Notes: generated by a model from the sequence alone, not told the origin. A stretch of 32,000 nt of DNA from Synechocystis sp. PCC 6803 substr. PCC-P (GCF_000284455.1 NC_017039.1:2460001-2492000), one strand, 5' to 3'. Counted from the stretch's first letter, positions 11,293 through 20,550 are shown. Program-made: numbers and translations.

Positions 11293-11417
11293 GAGCCCGT
11301 TTTAAACGCCCCCCTGACCCCCCAGATTTTGGGGGAAACTGAGTGACAGTCCCCCAGTATTGCGGTCGCTTTAGTGGGTCAATTTGGGGGGCGGAGTAAA
11401 ACTTTCCAAACACGTTC
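11293..11417. mobile_element. MITE-like 125-bp element related to the IS at 20551-21421
   Basis: The reverse complement of the right end, GAACGTGTTTGGAAAGTTTTAC, matches the IS left end GAAAGTGTTTGAAAAGTTTTAA at 19 of 22 positions. The left end GAGCCCGTTTTAAAC is a weaker match to the other IS end, GAGCGTGTTTGAAAAG. The element is flanked by direct TGA (11290-11292 and 11418-11420), has internal C-run/G-run self-complementarity and contains no ORF. Confidence 0.55.
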
Positions 11418-11470
11418 TGAGGCGCGGGGAAATTTTCAGATTTTCTGTACCGGGAAACAGGGAAAAATCG

Positions 11471-12622
11471 CTAGCGTAGAAGCAGGTAATAAATTTGGCC
11501 GTCGTCACTCATCAAACCGGCTCGATCGCCAGGAGTTTGGCCAGTGCCCATGAAAATATCCACCCGACCGGGGCCTTTGATGGCACTGCCGGTATCCTGA
11601 TCCACCACAAAACGACTAACGTTGACTTTTTGACCCTGACAATCGGGAATGGGAGCCGCTAAAACGGCGATCGCCCCTGGAGGCATAAGGAATTTATCGG
11701 TGGCAATGGAACGCTCGGCAGTAACTGGCACCCCAATACTGCCCTTGGCGGGGGTGCTGGCGGAGGTTTCCTTAAAGAAAATTAGACGATTATTGCGGGG
11801 GATAAAACGACTTAGTTCGCTGGGATTTTGCTCAAAATAGTCGATTAACTTAGGCAAAGTAACCTCCCCAGGCTGGAAAATTCCCTCTTGGATGGTTTCC
11901 TTCCCTAAACTTACGTAGGGATAATCCGTCGCTCCAGCAAAGGCCACGGAACTTTGGCCTCCCCCCACCCAGTTGATTTTGGCAGAACCCTGTACCTGGA
12001 TTAGATAGGCATCTAGACGATTACGGAACCAAGCAATTTCCCGTCCCTGTAACTGACTTGATTTGCCTAAACCATCCATACCTTCCAAGTCAGCCCTAGT
12101 GGGGTGGGGCTTAGACCAACGAGAAAAATTATTGGGCAAACCATAAATGGGATAACGATATTCGGCAGTGCGTTGACGACTGGCGGTATAAACTGGTTCA
12201 AAATAACCAGTGAAATGGACTGTGCCCTTGCCATCGTTACCGATCGCCTGATAAAACTGAAATTCCCTGGCAACAGCGGTCTGGAGAGCTTCGGGACTGG
12301 GAGACTGTTGCAACAAAGTTTTAAATCGCTGGAGGGAACGGGTTACCCGCTCTCTGGTCACCCCCGGTACAGAGTAATTTTGATAAGCTCGGGCGGCGCT
12401 AGCAGTTTTTAAATAGCTCAAGCTATGGTCGATCGCCCGGAGCAAAGATTGTTTATCTCCCGCTGAGCAATGGTTCCCCCACAACTGTTCATCAAAACCC
12501 ACCGTTGGCGTTAGATTTGCCCCCGTTACTGGCATTAATGGTCGCGACTGGGCCCTAAGACCACTGCCATGGAAGCCAAAAACCAACAGTAAAGCCAATA
12601 ACGGGAAAAATTGCTTAATCAT
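11471..12622 (-). CDS. mltA: Membrane-bound lytic murein transglycosylase A
   Basis: 383-aa ORF with a signal peptide. It shows MltA-domain features (YFEP..., LGYRN-like segment) and the 3D-domain end DTGSAIKGPGRVDIFMG. Confidence 0.85.
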   Translation of the reverse strand: MIKQFFPLLALLLVFGFHGSGLRAQSRPLMPVTGANLTPTVGFDEQLWGNHCSAGDKQSLLRAIDHSLSYLKTASAARAYQNYSVPGVTRERVTRSLQRFKTLLQQSPSPEALQTAVAREFQFYQAIGNDGKGTVHFTGYFEPVYTASRQRTAEYRYPIYGLPNNFSRWSKPHPTRADLEGMDGLGKSSQLQGREIAWFRNRLDAYLIQVQGSAKINWVGGGQSSVAFAGATDYPYVSLGKETIQEGIFQPGEVTLPKLIDYFEQNPSELSRFIPRNNRLIFFKETSASTPAKGSIGVPVTAERSIATDKFLMPPGAIAVLAAPIPDCQGQKVNVSRFVVDQDTGSAIKGPGRVDIFMGTGQTPGDRAGLMSDDGQIYYLLLR

Positions 12623-13020
12623 TTATTGCTTTGTTGAAATTACCTACCGCTGACGAAAGTTAAGTTTACCTGCTCCGTCGGGAATAGGGGATGGGAAACC
12701 ACCAGCGCACAGACTAGCCCAGGGCCATATTTAGCTAAATACCATCATTAGGGACTTTTATTTATTAATTTTTAAGAAGAAAAATTGAGCGATTTTAATG
12801 GCTATGTCTGGGTATTTTTACCGAGATAAATTGTCCCAAAATCAAGAATGATAAGTTTATATAATGGTAGTCAAAACTATTTTAAAAATTTCCCCAAGTC
12901 TTGCTCCCTACCTAGATTACGTAAAAAATTAACTGTTTAGAAGCGTTTTTATACCTAGAGTCTAAATTGAGTGAACTAAGAATCTCTGTTAATCTGGAGG
13001 CAGTTTCAAGGGACAATTCA

Positions 13021-13674
13021 ATGGTTACACTAGATAAAACTGCAACAAAAATCATTAAACTAAACTCCGGAGCAATCCCTGCCATTCAATCCGTCTTGGA
13101 GCAGGAAGCAATGGTCTTATTAGGTTTAGCCACTACCTATGTGCTAGTAGTCAATGGTGCTAGTCCCAGGGCAGTAGCCCAGTTGCGAGCCTTTAAGCAA
13201 TTTGACAAAGACCAACCCCTAGGCATTCTCACCCGTGGCGATCGGGCCATGGATGTGGCAAAAATTCCCCCCGCCGCTAAAAAATTGATGGGTCTTTTTC
13301 CTTTGCCCATAACCCTCATTGTGGAAGCCCTGCCCAAATTAGACCCAGGTATTACCCAGGGCTTTCGGAATATTTTTATTGCCTGTCCCGATGCTTTTGT
13401 TTTCGATTTAGTGGGAGCAATGCCTTTTCCCTTGGTTTGTGCCACGGCTAAGGTAGGGGGAGAACCGGTGACTAGTTTTGAGGCGGCTAGTCGTTATTTC
13501 GAAGGGCAGGTGCCTTTAATTGGCGATGGTGGTCGATGCCGTTACGCCCGCCGGGGAACATTGATTGACTGTACTTTGCCGTTGCCCACCATTATGAATT
13601 TTGGTCCCATTTCCTTTGACGACCTGCGCCCCCTGATACCTGAAATCATTTTGCCTTCCCATCTGATGAAATAA
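13021..13674 (+). CDS. YrdC/Sua5/TsaC-fold protein with degenerate active-site motifs (slr0006 type)
   Basis: The ORF track starts at TTG 12967. The in-frame ATG at 13021 (MVTLDKTATKIIKLN...) is the more likely start, because the YrdC-like fold begins there. Overall similarity is to the YrdC domain, but KxR is replaced by KQF and TSAN by ATAK. Confidence 0.75.
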   Translation: MVTLDKTATKIIKLNSGAIPAIQSVLEQEAMVLLGLATTYVLVVNGASPRAVAQLRAFKQFDKDQPLGILTRGDRAMDVAKIPPAAKKLMGLFPLPITLIVEALPKLDPGITQGFRNIFIACPDAFVFDLVGAMPFPLVCATAKVGGEPVTSFEAASRYFEGQVPLIGDGGRCRYARRGTLIDCTLPLPTIMNFGPISFDDLRPLIPEIILPSHLMK

Positions 13675-13845
13675 TTTTCCTTTACGCTGTTGTTTTGTCT
13701 GAAGTTCGGTGAATGGGTCAGAAATTGTTGGGGAGTATTTTACAAACCTAGTTTGGATAAAATTGTTGAGCTTATAAGGAATTGAATAGACAATCTGGTT
13801 TGGCTATTTTGCTTCAATTTCCCTAGTTTCTACTTTTTCAACTCT

Positions 13846-14607
13846 ATGGCTCTTTCCCCCGCAGACGTTACCGTGGTCATTTTGGCTGGGGGCTTTGGCA
13901 CCCGCATTAAGCAACAGTTACCAGATTTGCCTAAACCCTTAGCTCCCGTGGCGGGCCAACCTTTTTTAGATTGGCAATTGCGCTATCTACAACAGCAGGG
14001 TTTTCGGCGATCGCTCCTTTCTACGGGTTATCTGGCAGAAAAAGTGGCGGCCTATGCTCAAGATGCCGATATTGTTGACATGGCGATCGCCTGTGTGGCG
14101 GAAATGGAACCGTTGGGAACAGCGGGGGGATTTGTCAATGCGGTTAATCACCATGGTTTTAGAGAACTAACACCGGCTTGGCTCGTGCTTAACGGCGACT
14201 CGTTAATTGTGACGGATTATCGGGTTCTGTTGGCGGAGTTAGAGGATGACAGCGTTGATGGGGTAATTTTGGGCGTTCATGTGCCCGATGCTTCCCGTTT
14301 TGGCTCCTTAAAGGTTAATAGTCAAGGGGAATTGCTACAATTTGCAGAAAAGCAAGCCGGAGCCGGCGTGATTAATAGTGGGGTTTATCTCCTTGGCGAT
14401 CGCCTGTTGGCCCGGTTTCCCGCCCACAGACCCTTAAGTTTTGAGTATGATGTGTTCCCCACATTGTTGGCCCAGGGAGCCAAAATCAAAGTCCATGCTG
14501 TGGAAGCTCCCTTTTTAGATATTGGCACCCCGGAAACATTAGCCCAGGCGGGGGAATTTATCCAATCCCTCGGTACGTTGAACCGAATTCAAGACCTAGA
14601 CAAATAG
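13846..14607 (+). CDS. Sugar-phosphate nucleotidyltransferase (NTP_transferase family)
   Basis: 253-aa ORF with an N-terminal VILAGGFGTRIKQQLPDLPKPLAPV pyrophosphorylase signature (GGxGTRxxxxxxxxPK). Confidence 0.85.
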   Translation: MALSPADVTVVILAGGFGTRIKQQLPDLPKPLAPVAGQPFLDWQLRYLQQQGFRRSLLSTGYLAEKVAAYAQDADIVDMAIACVAEMEPLGTAGGFVNAVNHHGFRELTPAWLVLNGDSLIVTDYRVLLAELEDDSVDGVILGVHVPDASRFGSLKVNSQGELLQFAEKQAGAGVINSGVYLLGDRLLARFPAHRPLSFEYDVFPTLLAQGAKIKVHAVEAPFLDIGTPETLAQAGEFIQSLGTLNRIQDLDK

Positions 14608-14678
14608 CTTAAAATGAGAAGCTAACTGAGAAATTAACTAAGTTTTGTAAATTTTGGTTTGCGGGGGCGAGCGTCACG

Positions 14679-15962
14679 ATGGGTAAACGGACAAGGCGGT
14701 TTTGGGCTTTAGCTTTTTCTTTGCTGATGGGGGCCCTGATTTATCTGGGCAATACACCGTCGGCCTTGGCTTTCACCGAGGAACAAAAGCTACTGTTGCA
14801 ATCCTGGCGTTTGGTCAACCAATCCTATCTCGATGAAACCTTTAACCATCAAAATTGGTGGCTGTTGCGGGAGAAGTACGTTAAACGTCCCCTCCGGAAC
14901 CGGGAAGAAACCTACACGGCGATCGAAGAAATGCTCGCTACCCTGGATGAACCCTTTACCCGCTTACTGCGTCCGGAACAGTACGGCAATCTCCAGGTGA
15001 CCACCACTGGTGAGCTATCGGGGGTAGGTCTGCAAATCAACATCAACCCTGAAACCAACCAGTTAGAAATTATGGCCCCCCTGGCCGGTTCCCCTGCGGA
15101 GGAGGCCGGGCTGCAACCCCATGACCAAATTTTGGCGATCGACGGTGTAGATACCCAAACCCTGAGCTTAGACGAAGCAGCGGCCAGAATGCGGGGCCCA
15201 AAAAACACCAAAGTTTCCCTGGAAATTCTGTCAGCGGGCACCGAAGTACCCCAAGAATTTACCCTGACTCGGCAGTTAATTTCCCTCAGTCCGGTGGCGG
15301 CCCAATTGGACGATTCCCGCCCAGGTCAATCGGTGGGTTACATTCGCCTCAGTCAATTTAGTGCCAATGCCTATAAAGAAGTAGCCCACGCTCTGCATCA
15401 ACTTGAGGAACAGGGGGCCGACGGTTATATCTTGGATTTGCGTAACAACCCCGGTGGCTTACTCCAGGCTGGTATTGACATTGCTCGGTTGTGGTTACCG
15501 GAAAGCACCATTGTCTACACCGTTAATCGCCAAGGCACCCAGGAAAGTTTCACTGCCAATGGAGAAGCGGCGACCGATCGCCCGTTGGTGGTGTTGGTCA
15601 ACCAGGGTACTGCCAGTGCCAGCGAAATTTTAGCCGGAGCTTTGCAGGATAATCAGCGGGCCACTCTAGTGGGGGAAAAAACCTTTGGTAAGGGTTTGAT
15701 TCAATCCTTGTTTGAACTATCCGATGGGGCCGGCATTGCCGTCACGGTGGCCAAATACGAAACCCCCCAACATCACGACATCCATAAACTGGGCATTATG
15801 CCCGATGAAGTGGTGGAGCAACCCCTGATTAGCTTTGCGGAAATTACTTCCCCCGCCGATGTGCAATACCAAGCCGCCTTAGATTTGCTCACCGGAGGAG
15901 TGGCAATCGCCCATAAATCTTCTTCAATTCCCGCCATGGCAACGGCTCACAAGCCCAACTAA
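14679..15962 (+). CDS. ctpA: Carboxyl-terminal processing protease (S41; D1-processing CtpA)
   Basis: 427-aa ORF with a signal/TM segment, a PDZ region (GSPAEEAGLQPHDQILAIDG) and an S41 catalytic region (NQGTASASEILAGAL ... FGKGLIQ). Recalled as slr0008. Confidence 0.93.
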   Translation: MGKRTRRFWALAFSLLMGALIYLGNTPSALAFTEEQKLLLQSWRLVNQSYLDETFNHQNWWLLREKYVKRPLRNREETYTAIEEMLATLDEPFTRLLRPEQYGNLQVTTTGELSGVGLQININPETNQLEIMAPLAGSPAEEAGLQPHDQILAIDGVDTQTLSLDEAAARMRGPKNTKVSLEILSAGTEVPQEFTLTRQLISLSPVAAQLDDSRPGQSVGYIRLSQFSANAYKEVAHALHQLEEQGADGYILDLRNNPGGLLQAGIDIARLWLPESTIVYTVNRQGTQESFTANGEAATDRPLVVLVNQGTASASEILAGALQDNQRATLVGEKTFGKGLIQSLFELSDGAGIAVTVAKYETPQHHDIHKLGIMPDEVVEQPLISFAEITSPADVQYQAALDLLTGGVAIAHKSSSIPAMATAHKPN

Positions 15963-16224
15963 TCACCATTTGGACAAAACATCAGGAATTCTAATTAGAA
16001 AGTCCAAAAATTGTAATTTAAAAAACAGTCAATGGAGAGCATTGCCATAAGTAAAGGCATCCCCTGCGTGATAAGATTACCTTCAGAAAACAGATAGTTG
16101 CTGGGTTATCGCAGATTTTTCTCGCAACCAAATAACTGTAAATAATAACTGTCTCTGGGGCGACGGTAGGCTTTATATTGCCAAATTTCGCCCGTGGGAG
16201 AAAGCTAGGCTATTCAATGTTTAT

Positions 16225-16230
16225 GGAGGA
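16225..16230 (+). promoter_or_regulatory. Shine-Dalgarno of rbcL
   Basis: GGAGGA lies 9 nt upstream of the rbcL ATG. A TATATT -10-like hexamer at 16174-16179 is a possible promoter element, but I see no good -35. Confidence 0.6.
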
Positions 16231-16239
16231 CTGACCTAG

Positions 16240-17652
16240 ATGGTACAAGCCAAAGCAGGGTTTAAGGCGGGCGTACAAGATTATCGCCTGACCTACTATA
16301 CCCCCGACTACACCCCCAAGGATACCGACCTGCTCGCCTGCTTCCGTATGACCCCCCAACCGGGTGTACCTGCTGAAGAAGCCGCTGCTGCGGTGGCCGC
16401 TGAGTCTTCCACCGGTACCTGGACCACCGTTTGGACTGACAACCTAACTGACTTGGACCGCTACAAAGGTCGTTGCTATGACCTGGAAGCTGTTCCCAAC
16501 GAAGATAACCAATATTTTGCTTTTATTGCCTATCCTCTAGATTTATTTGAAGAAGGTTCCGTCACCAACGTTTTAACCTCTTTGGTCGGTAACGTATTTG
16601 GTTTTAAGGCTCTGCGGGCCCTCCGTTTAGAAGATATTCGTTTTCCCGTTGCTTTAATTAAAACCTTCCAAGGCCCTCCCCACGGTATTACCGTTGAGCG
16701 GGACAAATTAAACAAATACGGTCGTCCTCTGCTTGGTTGTACCATCAAACCCAAACTTGGTCTGTCCGCCAAGAACTACGGTCGGGCTGTTTACGAATGT
16801 CTCCGGGGTGGTTTGGACTTCACCAAAGACGACGAAAACATCAACTCCCAGCCCTTCATGCGTTGGCGCGATCGTTTCCTCTTCGTTCAAGAGGCGATCG
16901 AAAAAGCCCAGGCTGAGACCAACGAAATGAAAGGTCACTACCTGAACGTCACCGCTGGCACCTGCGAAGAAATGATGAAACGGGCCGAGTTTGCCAAGGA
17001 AATTGGCACCCCCATCATCATGCATGACTTCTTCACCGGCGGTTTCACTGCCAACACCACCCTCGCTCGTTGGTGTCGGGACAACGGCATTTTGCTCCAT
17101 ATTCACCGGGCAATGCACGCCGTAGTTGACCGTCAGAAAAACCACGGGATCCACTTCCGGGTTTTGGCCAAGTGTCTGCGTCTGTCCGGCGGTGACCACC
17201 TCCACTCCGGTACCGTGGTTGGTAAATTGGAAGGGGAACGGGGTATCACCATGGGCTTCGTTGACCTCATGCGCGAAGATTACGTTGAGGAAGATCGCTC
17301 CCGGGGTATTTTCTTCACCCAAGACTATGCCTCCATGCCTGGCACCATGCCCGTAGCTTCCGGTGGTATCCACGTATGGCACATGCCCGCGTTGGTGGAA
17401 ATCTTCGGTGATGATTCCTGCTTACAGTTTGGTGGTGGTACTTTGGGTCACCCCTGGGGTAATGCTCCCGGTGCAACCGCTAACCGTGTTGCTTTGGAAG
17501 CTTGTGTTCAAGCTCGGAACGAAGGTCGTAACCTGGCTCGCGAAGGTAATGACGTTATCCGGGAAGCCTGTCGTTGGTCCCCTGAGTTGGCCGCCGCCTG
17601 CGAACTCTGGAAAGAGATCAAGTTTGAGTTCGAGGCCATGGATACCCTCTAA
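16240..17652 (+). CDS. rbcL: RuBisCO large subunit (form IB)
   Basis: 470-aa [33 protein letters not shown]..., [16 protein letters not shown] and the catalytic-lysine context are unmistakable. Confidence 0.99.
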   Translation: MVQAKAGFKAGVQDYRLTYYTPDYTPKDTDLLACFRMTPQPGVPAEEAAAAVAAESSTGTWTTVWTDNLTDLDRYKGRCYDLEAVPNEDNQYFAFIAYPLDLFEEGSVTNVLTSLVGNVFGFKALRALRLEDIRFPVALIKTFQGPPHGITVERDKLNKYGRPLLGCTIKPKLGLSAKNYGRAVYECLRGGLDFTKDDENINSQPFMRWRDRFLFVQEAIEKAQAETNEMKGHYLNVTAGTCEEMMKRAEFAKEIGTPIIMHDFFTGGFTANTTLARWCRDNGILLHIHRAMHAVVDRQKNHGIHFRVLAKCLRLSGGDHLHSGTVVGKLEGERGITMGFVDLMREDYVEEDRSRGIFFTQDYASMPGTMPVASGGIHVWHMPALVEIFGDDSCLQFGGGTLGHPWGNAPGATANRVALEACVQARNEGRNLAREGNDVIREACRWSPELAAACELWKEIKFEFEAMDTL

Positions 17653-17859
17653 ACCGGTGTTTGGATTGTCGGAGTTGTACTCGTCCGTTAAGGATGAACA
17701 GTTCTTCGGGGTTGAGTCTGCTAACTAATTAGCCATTAACAGCGGCTTAACTAACAGTTAGTCATTGGCAATTGTCAAAAAATTGTTAATCAGCCAAAAC
17801 CCACTGCTTACTGATGTTCAACTTCGACAGCAATTTACCAATTACCGGGTAGAGTGTTC

Positions 17860-18270
17860 ATGCAAACTAAGCACATAGCTCAGGCAACAGTGAAAGTACT
17901 GCAAAGTTACCTCACCTACCAAGCCGTTCTCAGGATCCAGAGTGAACTCGGGGAAACCAACCCTCCCCAGGCCATTTGGTTAAACCAGTATTTAGCCAGT
18001 CACAGTATTCAAAATGGAGAAACGTTTTTGACGGAACTCCTGGATGAAAATAAAGAACTGGTACTCAGGATCCTGGCGGTAAGGGAAGACATTGCCGAAT
18101 CAGTGTTAGATTTTTTGCCCGGTATGACCCGGAATAGCTTAGCGGAATCTAACATCGCCCACCGCCGCCATTTGCTTGAACGTCTGACCCGTACCGTAGC
18201 CGAAGTCGATAATTTCCCTTCGGAAACCTCCAACGGAGAATCAAACAACAACGATTCTCCCCCGTCCTAA
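17860..18270 (+). CDS. rbcX: RuBisCO assembly chaperone RbcX
   Basis: It lies between rbcL and rbcS. MQTKHIAQATVKVLQSYLTYQAVLRI... matches RbcX as recalled. The ORF track starts two codons earlier at GTG 17854, but the ATG at 17860 is preferred. Confidence 0.93.
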   Translation: MQTKHIAQATVKVLQSYLTYQAVLRIQSELGETNPPQAIWLNQYLASHSIQNGETFLTELLDENKELVLRILAVREDIAESVLDFLPGMTRNSLAESNIAHRRHLLERLTRTVAEVDNFPSETSNGESNNNDSPPS

Positions 18271-18302
18271 CGTAGTCATCAGCAAGGAAAACTTTTAAAT
18301 CG

Positions 18303-18644
18303 ATGAAAACTTTACCCAAAGAGCGCCGCTACGAAACCCTTTCTTACCTGCCCCCTTTAACCGATCAACAGATTGCTAAACAGGTTGAGTTTCTGTTAGA
18401 CCAGGGCTTTATTCCCGGCGTGGAATTTGAAGAAGACCCCCAACCCGAAACCCACTTCTGGACCATGTGGAAACTGCCCTTCTTTGGTGGTGCCACTGCC
18501 AACGAAGTTCTAGCCGAAGTACGGGAATGTCGTTCTGAGAATCCCAACTGCTACATTCGGGTGATTGGTTTCGACAATATCAAACAGTGCCAGACTGTAA
18601 GCTTTATTGTCCACAAACCCAACCAAAACCAAGGCCGTTACTAA
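18303..18644 (+). CDS. rbcS: RuBisCO small subunit
   Basis: 113-aa [38 protein letters not shown]... is a typical RbcS sequence. Confidence 0.98.
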   Translation: MKTLPKERRYETLSYLPPLTDQQIAKQVEFLLDQGFIPGVEFEEDPQPETHFWTMWKLPFFGGATANEVLAEVRECRSENPNCYIRVIGFDNIKQCQTVSFIVHKPNQNQGRY

Positions 18645-18690
18645 GTTACAGTTTTGGCAATTACTAAAAAACTGACTTCAATTCAATGTT

Positions 18691-18712
18691 AGCCCGCTCC
18701 CGCGGGTTTTTT
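18691..18712 (+). terminator. Intrinsic terminator of the rbcLXS operon
   Basis: CCCGC-TCCC-GCGGG hairpin followed by TTTTTT, about 48 nt after the rbcS stop. Confidence 0.8.
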
Positions 18713-19186
18713 GTTGCTTTTTCACAGTGACTATAGGTAATCAGCAACACAATACGGCCCTGTTCTTTGGACAGTTTTTGTATAATGTTGACCGCATCCT
18801 GACCGGATTTTTTATCTAAGTGGGGAATTGTCAATTGTCAATTAAAGCTAAGTTCTACTAATGTTTTAGAAGGCATTGTCGATTGAAAATAAGGGTTGAA
18901 TGGAGAAAATTTTGAGCCTTTGTCAAAGATAAAAATTTATTTCAACAGTTTTTTAACTAGCCGAACCAGAGAATGACCCAGTGGCGCTGACTTTGCTCCC
19001 GAGTTTTTGTTAGAAATTACCCTCAAGAAGTAATCTAATAATAAACCTAACCGAATAATTTCCCAGGGGAGTATTCCGGAAAACCATGGTTAAACTTACT
19101 TGCCATCCCCCATGGTAAAATTGCAACGATTTTGATCAAAGTCCTAATTTTTTTGTAAAGCTTTTAGTAATCCTTCTGATTTTCCC

Positions 19187-19714
19187 ATGAAGCTCATCGA
19201 TTCCCGTGGCAGAATTTTCGGCATAGTCAGCCTGTTGGATCTGGGGGCCGCCTTGATCATCCTCATGGTAGCTGTGGGAATTTTCGTTCTGCCGGGCAGT
19301 TCTGGCAAAAGCATTCTTGCCCAAGCCAACGCCGCTTCCATTGAATTGACGACCATTGTCCGGGGATTAAACGTATTAGATCCCCAGGTGGTGCTGGATG
19401 AGTTTAAAGCCGAAAAAACCAACATCATTATTCGCAATCAACCGGCTGGCCAGGTGGAGGTAGTGAATGTGCAGGAACTCCCTCGCAATTTAGCAGTGCC
19501 CCAGCCTGATGGTTCCGTCAAATCTCTGCCGGATCCTCGGCCAGAGTCTAATTACAGCCGGGATATGCTCCTGACCCTCAAAGGTAGGGGGGATTTCACC
19601 TCCACCGGCATGGTTTTAGGGGGACAAAAGGTGAAAATTGGCACGGTTTTAGAATTAGAAGGCAAAAACTATAACTTCAATGCCAGTGTGGTGGGCATCA
19701 ATCAACCAAAGTGA
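19187..19714 (+). CDS. DUF4330-like membrane-anchored protein
   Basis: 175-aa ORF. The N-terminal MKLIDSRGRIFGIVSLLDLGAALIILMVAVG pattern (iD.kGrlFG..n.lDl followed by a TM segment) matches my recollection of DUF4330. Confidence 0.55.
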   Translation: MKLIDSRGRIFGIVSLLDLGAALIILMVAVGIFVLPGSSGKSILAQANAASIELTTIVRGLNVLDPQVVLDEFKAEKTNIIIRNQPAGQVEVVNVQELPRNLAVPQPDGSVKSLPDPRPESNYSRDMLLTLKGRGDFTSTGMVLGGQKVKIGTVLELEGKNYNFNASVVGINQPK

Positions 19715-19809
19715 CCAAAGTATTAGATTAGTCCGGCCCCCGAGAATTGCTGTTGGCTGCCCAAAGTTTTGCTGTACCCTGGGTAAGGCTGACAGATTTG
19801 GAAAAGGTA

Positions 19810-20514
19810 ATGGAATGGAACGAGAGTCTTCTCCGGCTCACTGTTGCTTTTGTACTGGGATCGACCCTGGGCATTGAACGGCAGTGGCGCCAACGGATGG
19901 CGGGCTTGCGTACTAATACCTTGGTGGCCATTGGAGCTGCATTGTTTGTGATTGTTTCTGTCCTCACCAATCATGACAGCAGTCCCACCCGAATTCCTGC
20001 CCAAATTGTCTCCGGCATTGGTTTTCTGGCGGGGGGAGTAATTCTCAAGGAAGGCTTAACTGTTAAGGGGCTAAATACGGCGGCGACCCTCTGGTGTTCA
20101 GCGGCGGTGGGCACCCTCTGTGGTCAAGGGCTGTTTTCTGAGGCTGTGCTTGGCTCGATGATGGTTTTGGTGGCCAACATTGCCCTGCGGCCTCTGAGCA
20201 CGTTTATTAACCACCAACCCATGCATAGCACTGAATTGGAGTGCCATTATCTTTGTCACTTGGTATGTCGGGGGGATGAGGAGGCGAATGTGCGACGCAT
20301 TTTGCTTGATTCCTTAGCGGAAATAAAGAATATTAAATTACGGTCTTTGCGGAGCCATGATTTAGATGAGTTTAACCATTTTGTTGAAGTGGAAGCGGCA
20401 ATAATTTGCACAGCCCGCAAGGATAAATTTCTAGAAGCGGTAATTAGTAAACTGAGTTTAAATCCCTCAGTTAAATCTGTCAGTTGGCAAGCGCTAGAAC
20501 AGGAATCGGGTTAA
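19810..20514 (+). CDS. mgtC: MgtC/SapB family membrane protein with C-terminal ACT-like domain
   Basis: LLRLTVAFVLGSTLGIERQWRQRMAGLRTNTLVAIGAALF is the MgtC signature. The ATG at 19810, preceded by GAAAAGG, is preferred over the TTG at 19747 used by the ORF track. Confidence 0.85.
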   Translation: MEWNESLLRLTVAFVLGSTLGIERQWRQRMAGLRTNTLVAIGAALFVIVSVLTNHDSSPTRIPAQIVSGIGFLAGGVILKEGLTVKGLNTAATLWCSAAVGTLCGQGLFSEAVLGSMMVLVANIALRPLSTFINHQPMHSTELECHYLCHLVCRGDEEANVRRILLDSLAEIKNIKLRSLRSHDLDEFNHFVEVEAAIICTARKDKFLEAVISKLSLNPSVKSVSWQALEQESG

Positions 20515-20550
20515 ATTTAGATTATTTTTGCTTGATAAATTTTCTCCTAA

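Noticed and set aside
16708-17382. 224-aa ORF antisense to rbcL, plus smaller overlapping ORFs at 16530-16772, 16733-16930, 17126-17356 and 17363-17728
   Set aside because: These are shadow ORFs inside an unmistakable, highly constrained rbcL frame. The translations are low-complexity with no recognisable family, and no independent start signals are present.
18781-18818. Perfect TATAAT (18781-18786) followed by a weak ATCC/GGAT hairpin and T6, as a possible tiny sRNA gene
   Set aside because: There is no acceptable -35 at proper spacing. The implied transcript would be only about 25 nt, and the stem is only 4 bp. This is not enough evidence to call a gene.
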